Assembly (NCBI GenBank): GCA_043779675.1
Contig: JAYWDX010000275.1
Span: 1-37,063, forward strand
DNA length: 37,063 nt
Reading direction: 5' to 3'
Source of the DNA: Candidatus Tenderia sp.
GTDB taxonomy: Bacteria; Pseudomonadota; Gammaproteobacteria; Tenderiales; Tenderiaceae
This document shows positions 33,395 through 37,063 of the stretch, piece after piece. The notes under the pieces are model-generated. The model was not told the origin of the DNA. It saw nothing but the letters and a program-made list of their open reading frames with translations, and made no database searches. The first letter of the stretch is position 1. Each line of letters opens with the position of its first letter. Made by a program: the position numbers and the translations under genes.

Positions 33395-33724
33395 ATGAAG
33401 ACACGTCTATTGAGTATTTCTGCTGCTGCAGTTCTGATGCTGGGTGTTGCCGGTCAGGCGAACGCCGATCTGGAATTGGCCAAGAAGAGCGGCTGCCTGG
33501 CTTGCCATAGCGTCGACAAAAAGGTTGTAGGTCCAGCCTGGAAAGATGTTGCCGCCAAGTACAAGGGTGATGCTGGTGCCAAGGCTGCGCTGGTTAACAG
33601 CGTGAAGAAGGGCGGCAAGGGTAACTGGACTGCCGTTACTGGTGGTGTGCCAATGCCTCCGTACTCACCACGTGTTGCTGATGCTGATATCGAGAAGCTG
33701 GTCGATTTCATTATCGCCCTGTAA
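33395..33724 (+). CDS. class I c-type cytochrome (c-551/c8-like), periplasmic
   Basis: Signal peptide, CLACH haem motif, VGPAWKDVAAKY and PMPP (Met ligand). Closely parallels Pseudomonas cytochrome c-551. Confidence 0.93.
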   Translation: MKTRLLSISAAAVLMLGVAGQANADLELAKKSGCLACHSVDKKVVGPAWKDVAAKYKGDAGAKAALVNSVKKGGKGNWTAVTGGVPMPPYSPRVADADIEKLVDFIIAL

Positions 33725-33748
33725 TCACTTTCAGCAAAGCAGTACTGT

Positions 33749-33778
33749 AAAAGCCAGCCTTCGGGCTGGCTTTTTTTT
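33749..33778 (+). terminator. rho-independent terminator of the cytochrome c gene
   Basis: GCCAGCC-TTCG-GGCTGGC (UUCG tetraloop) flanked by AAAA and T8. Confidence 0.85.
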
Positions 33779-33799
33779 CTCCGCCAACTCGCCTCACAA

Positions 33800-33808
33800 T
33801 GATAAAAT
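33800..33808 (+). promoter_or_regulatory. candidate extended -10 promoter for thiD-thiE-hemL
   Basis: TGaTAAAAT (TGn plus TAAAAT) lies 36 nt upstream of the GTG start at 33844. There is no good -35. Confidence 0.3.
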
Positions 33809-33843
33809 CCTCTGCTTCACAGCAACACAGACAGGGAACCCAC

Positions 33844-34656
33844 GTGACACAACTGCACACCGTACCGGTAGTGATGACACTCTCCGGCAACGACCCTACC
33901 GGTGGCGCCGGTATTCAGGCCGACATTGAGGCACTGCTCAGCATGGGCTGCCACGCCGCGCCAGTGATCACCGCCCTGACCATTCAAGATACCCAGAAAG
34001 TATTTCGCTTTGAGGCCGTCGATGCCACTCTGCTGATCGAGCAGGCCCGCGCCGTACTTGAAGACATGCCCGTGGCCGCCATCAAGATCGGCATGATCGG
34101 CAGTGTCGAAAACGTCGCGGCAATTCATAGCCTGTTGATGGATTACCCCGCCATCCCGGTGGTGTTGGATCCCATCATCACGGCTGGTGGTGGTGGCGAA
34201 CTGGCCGGTGACGACATCGTTGACGCCATCATCAGCCTGCTACTGCCCCAGACCACCGTACTCACCCCCAACAGCCACGAAGCCCGCCGCTTCGCCTCAA
34301 CTGCTGACAACCTCGACGCCTGCGCCCAGGAGCTGCTTGATATGGGCTGCGAATTTGTACTGATTACCGGCACCCACGAAAATACCCCGATGGTGAAGAA
34401 CCGCCTCTACGCCGAACATCGCAACCTTGAGACCTTCTCCTGGGAACGACTGCCCGGCAGCTACCACGGCTCCGGCTGCACCCTCGCCTCGGCCATCGCC
34501 GGACTGCTGGCGCAAGGACTCGACCCGTTTGCCGCCATTCACGAGGCACAGCAGTACGCCTGGGAGACACTTAAACATGGCTACCGCATCGGCATGGGCC
34601 AGACCATCCCCAACCGCCTCTTCTGGGCGCGAGGAGATGAGGAAGATAAGGCGTGA
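33844..34656 (+). CDS. thiD: hydroxymethylpyrimidine/phosphomethylpyrimidine kinase
   Basis: VVMTLSGNDPTGGAGIQADIEA and HGSGCTLASAIA motifs. GTG at 33844 has AGGGA 6 nt upstream. The ATG at 33799 overlaps the putative -10. Confidence 0.93.
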   Translation: MTQLHTVPVVMTLSGNDPTGGAGIQADIEALLSMGCHAAPVITALTIQDTQKVFRFEAVDATLLIEQARAVLEDMPVAAIKIGMIGSVENVAAIHSLLMDYPAIPVVLDPIITAGGGGELAGDDIVDAIISLLLPQTTVLTPNSHEARRFASTADNLDACAQELLDMGCEFVLITGTHENTPMVKNRLYAEHRNLETFSWERLPGSYHGSGCTLASAIAGLLAQGLDPFAAIHEAQQYAWETLKHGYRIGMGQTIPNRLFWARGDEEDKA

Positions 34657-35273
34657 ATTCACGCCTGCAGGGGCTTTACGCCATCACTGACACCACGCTG
34701 GGCGACACCATGCTGACGGCGGCGAAACAGGCTATCCATGGTGGCGCTCGCATCCTCCAGTATCGCGATAAAAGCAGTGCCCCGCCACACCGCCGCCAAC
34801 AGGCCGAAGAACTGCTGGCACTCTGCCGCCAGCACGATGTCACCTTCATCATCAACGATGATGTGGCACTGGCCGCCGCCATCGGTGCCGACGGGGTGCA
34901 CCTCGGCCGCGACGATGGCAATATCGATGCCGCTCGCCAGCAGCTGGGGCACGGCATCATTGGTGTCTCTTGTTATAATGAGTGGCCGCTGGCCGAGGCC
35001 GCCGCCGTGGCGGGGGCTGACTACGTCGCCTTTGGTGCGTTTTTTCCGTCGACCACCAAACCCAACGCCGCCCGCGCCACGCTGGAGCTGCTGCAACGCG
35101 GCCGCCGGGAACTCTCTATGCCGATCGTCGCTATTGGTGGCATCACCCCGACAAATGGCCGCGACTTAATTGATGCCGGGGCCGACATGCTGGCCGTGGT
35201 ACAGGGCGTTTTTGCGCAATCAGACATCCAGGCAGCGGCACATCGTTATGCCGCGCTGTTTTACCAAAACTAA
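34653..35273 (+). CDS. thiE: thiamine-phosphate synthase
   Basis: LYAITD..., ILQYRDK and VAIGGI motifs. The GTG start overlaps the thiD stop (GTGA). Confidence 0.93.
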   Translation: MNSRLQGLYAITDTTLGDTMLTAAKQAIHGGARILQYRDKSSAPPHRRQQAEELLALCRQHDVTFIINDDVALAAAIGADGVHLGRDDGNIDAARQQLGHGIIGVSCYNEWPLAEAAAVAGADYVAFGAFFPSTTKPNAARATLELLQRGRRELSMPIVAIGGITPTNGRDLIDAGADMLAVVQGVFAQSDIQAAAHRYAALFYQN

Positions 35274-35292
35274 ATTAGAGAAAGGATTCAAT

Positions 35293-36573
35293 ATGACCCG
35301 TTCACACGAACTGTTCCAGGCTGCCCAGAAACATATCCCCGGTGGCGTCAACTCGCCGGTACGCGCCTTTCGTGGTGTCGGCGGCGATCCGATCTTCTTC
35401 AAACGTGGTGAAGGAGCCTACCTCATTGATGAGGATGACAACCGCTACATCGACTACGTCGCCTCTTGGGGCCCGGCCATCCTCGGCCACGCCCACCCCA
35501 AGGTGTTGGCGGCAGTTGAAAAGGCCCTCAAAAACGGCCTCAGCTTCGGTGCCCCCACTGCCATTGAGACCGAAATGGCCGACCGCGTCTGCGAGATAAT
35601 CCCCTCCATCGAGATGATCCGCATGGTCAGCTCCGGCACCGAGGCGACCATGAGCGCCATCCGCCTCGCCCGTGGCTTCACCGGCCGCGACAAGATCGTC
35701 AAGTTCGAGGGGTGCTACCACGGCCACTCCGACTCGCTGCTGGTGAAGGCCGGTTCCGGCGCGTTGACCCTGGGTGTGCCCACCTCGCCCGGCGTGCCGG
35801 TGGCGCTGGCTGAACACACCATCACACTCGACTACAACGACCTCGACCAGGTGCGTGATGCGTTCGCCAAAGTTGGCGGCCAGATCGCCTGCATCATCGT
35901 CGAGCCGGTGGCCGGTAATATGAACTGCATCCCGCCCAAGGCCGGTTTTCTCGAAGGGCTGCGTGAGGTGTGCGACCAATACGGCGCGGTGCTGATATTT
36001 GATGAGGTGATGACCGGCTTCCGCGTCGCCCTCGGCGGCGCCCAGGCCTACTACAACATCACACCCGACCTGACGACGCTGGGCAAGGTGATCGGCGGCG
36101 GCATGCCGGTCGGTGCCTTTGGCGGCCGCCGCGACATTATGTCGCAGATCGCGCCGCTCGGGCCGATCTATCAGGCCGGCACCCTCTCCGGCAACCCCAT
36201 CGCCATGGCGGCGGGGCTGGCCAATCTGGAGGAGATCTCCAAACCCGGTTTCTACGAAAATCTGAGCGCCATGACCGAGAAGCTGGTTCACGGTTTTGTC
36301 ATCCGCGCCCACGCCTTCGACATTCCCATGACCAGCAACGTCGTTGGCGGCATGTTTGGCCTCTTCTTCAGCGGCGAGAAAAAGGTCGAAAACTACCAGC
36401 AGGCGACCCAGTGCGATGTGGAACGCTTCAAGAAGTTCTTCCACGCCATGCTCGACGAGGGGGTCTACCTGGCACCTTCAGCCTACGAGGCGGGATTTGT
36501 CTCCTCAGCCCATACCGACCGCGACATCAAAAACACCCTGATTGCGGCCGAGAAGGCCTTCTCCACTATCTAA
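35293..36573 (+). CDS. hemL: glutamate-1-semialdehyde 2,1-aminomutase
   Basis: [26 protein letters not shown] and PLP-lysine [13 protein letters not shown] at 35293 has GAGAAAGGA upstream. Confidence 0.97.
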   Translation: MTRSHELFQAAQKHIPGGVNSPVRAFRGVGGDPIFFKRGEGAYLIDEDDNRYIDYVASWGPAILGHAHPKVLAAVEKALKNGLSFGAPTAIETEMADRVCEIIPSIEMIRMVSSGTEATMSAIRLARGFTGRDKIVKFEGCYHGHSDSLLVKAGSGALTLGVPTSPGVPVALAEHTITLDYNDLDQVRDAFAKVGGQIACIIVEPVAGNMNCIPPKAGFLEGLREVCDQYGAVLIFDEVMTGFRVALGGAQAYYNITPDLTTLGKVIGGGMPVGAFGGRRDIMSQIAPLGPIYQAGTLSGNPIAMAAGLANLEEISKPGFYENLSAMTEKLVHGFVIRAHAFDIPMTSNVVGGMFGLFFSGEKKVENYQQATQCDVERFKKFFHAMLDEGVYLAPSAYEAGFVSSAHTDRDIKNTLIAAEKAFSTI

Positions 36574-36583
36574 ACAGAGATGA

Positions 36584-36618
36584 ACGGAAAGGGGTGCGCA
36601 ATGGCACCCCGCCCCGTT
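36584..36618 (+). other. symmetric interrupted hairpin after hemL (terminator-like, no U-tract)
   Basis: AACGG-aaa-GGGGTGC-gcaatg-GCACCCC-gcc-CCGTT starts 11 nt after the hemL stop. It is followed by AACATAGAAGGAG, the SD of the next ORF. Confidence 0.4.
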
Positions 36619-36637
36619 AACATAGAAGGAGACCCGC

Positions 36638-37063
36638 TTGTCCTTTAAACCACGCGCCCTGATCAGCGCCCTGTTCGCCCTTGGCCTGAGCCAAGCGGCC
36701 CTGGCCGCCATCGAGGTCACACCGGCAACCGTGACGGTTGGCAAAACGGCCACCATCCAGCTGAGCGGGGCAGGAGCTGAGAATATCCAGCAGATTAACC
36801 TGCTACCTGGCGGACCAATGCTACTGCAACAACTGCCACTTACCCCCGGCAGCCATGGCGACTACACCCTGATAAACAAACCCGACGGCCTGCACCTGCT
36901 GCTGCAGATGGGGCCGGAGAGCATGGAGGCGGCCCACTTCGGCAGCCACACCGCGGCGACGCAAAGTGGCAAGCAGTTGCTGCGCATCGAAAACGGCAAC
37001 GAGCTGGTGCTCTATCCGGCCCAACAGAAACAGGCCAAGGCGATCAGCCGTTACCGCGCCTCA
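36638..37063 (+). CDS. secreted protein, N-terminal fragment (ORF open at window end; not in the ORF track)
   Basis: TTG at 36638 has AGGAG 6 nt upstream. The frame stays open for 142 codons to the window edge: MSFKPRALISALFALGLSQAALA-AIEVTPATVTVGKTATIQLSG... It has a clear Sec signal peptide with AxA. The two minus-strand track ORFs here are its shadows. Confidence 0.7.
   Translation, partial: MSFKPRALISALFALGLSQAALAAIEVTPATVTVGKTATIQLSGAGAENIQQINLLPGGPMLLQQLPLTPGSHGDYTLINKPDGLHLLLQMGPESMEAAHFGSHTAATQSGKQLLRIENGNELVLYPAQQKQAKAISRYRAS

Noticed and set aside
35302-36444. 380-aa minus-strand ORF
   Set aside because: It is antisense shadow of hemL. It has no recognisable motifs and a biased Gly/Ala/Asp/Val composition.
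36505-37024. Minus-strand track ORFs 36505-36756 and 36821-37024
   Set aside because: They are antisense to a plus-strand frame that has an AGGAG SD, a canonical signal peptide and stays open to the window end.

Overview
This is a core-chromosome segment of a moderately GC-rich gammaproteobacterium. I count 32 protein-coding genes, one of them open at the 3' window edge and absent from the ORF track. I found no rRNA, tRNA, CRISPR array, IS or transposon, or integrase. Gene order, with strand in brackets: hypothetical 288 aa (-), hemE (-), gltD (-), gltB (-), AAA-ATPase/SPOR protein (-), WGR protein (-), dGTPase-like (-), aroB (-), aroK (-), pilQ-pilP-pilO-pilN-pilM (-), PBP1A (+), hypothetical 215 aa (+), gltA (-), malic enzyme (-), SNase-like nuclease (-), rpmE (-), glgP (+), rho (-), trxA (-), rhlB (+), mtnB (+), DUF2892 (-), fatty-acid hydroxylase family (+), cytochrome c (+), thiD-thiE-hemL (+), secreted protein fragment (+). 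The first 25 kb follows, from my memory of it, the P. aeruginosa PAO1 order PA5034-PA5049. The rho-trxA-rhlB block follows the E. coli order. Many ORF-track starts are over-extended, and I re-set them from homologue N-termini plus Shine-Dalgarno (SD) sites. Several real starts are GTG or TTG. I do not see a convincing new multi-gene system such as a defence island or mobile element. The best leads are: (1) a structured about 150-nt leader or sRNA candidate upstream of the cytochrome c gene, with duplicated complementary heptamers that allow terminator/antiterminator alternatives; (2) the rpmE intrinsic terminator sitting inside the signal-peptide codons of the downstream nuclease ORF; (3) a dGTPase-like plus WGR gene pair inserted into the aroKB / AAA-SPOR operon; (4) the ExeA-like AAA/SPOR protein next to the pilQ secretin operon; (5) three unassigned proteins (288 aa, 215 aa, and the edge fragment). 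All functional ideas beyond homology calls are inference.
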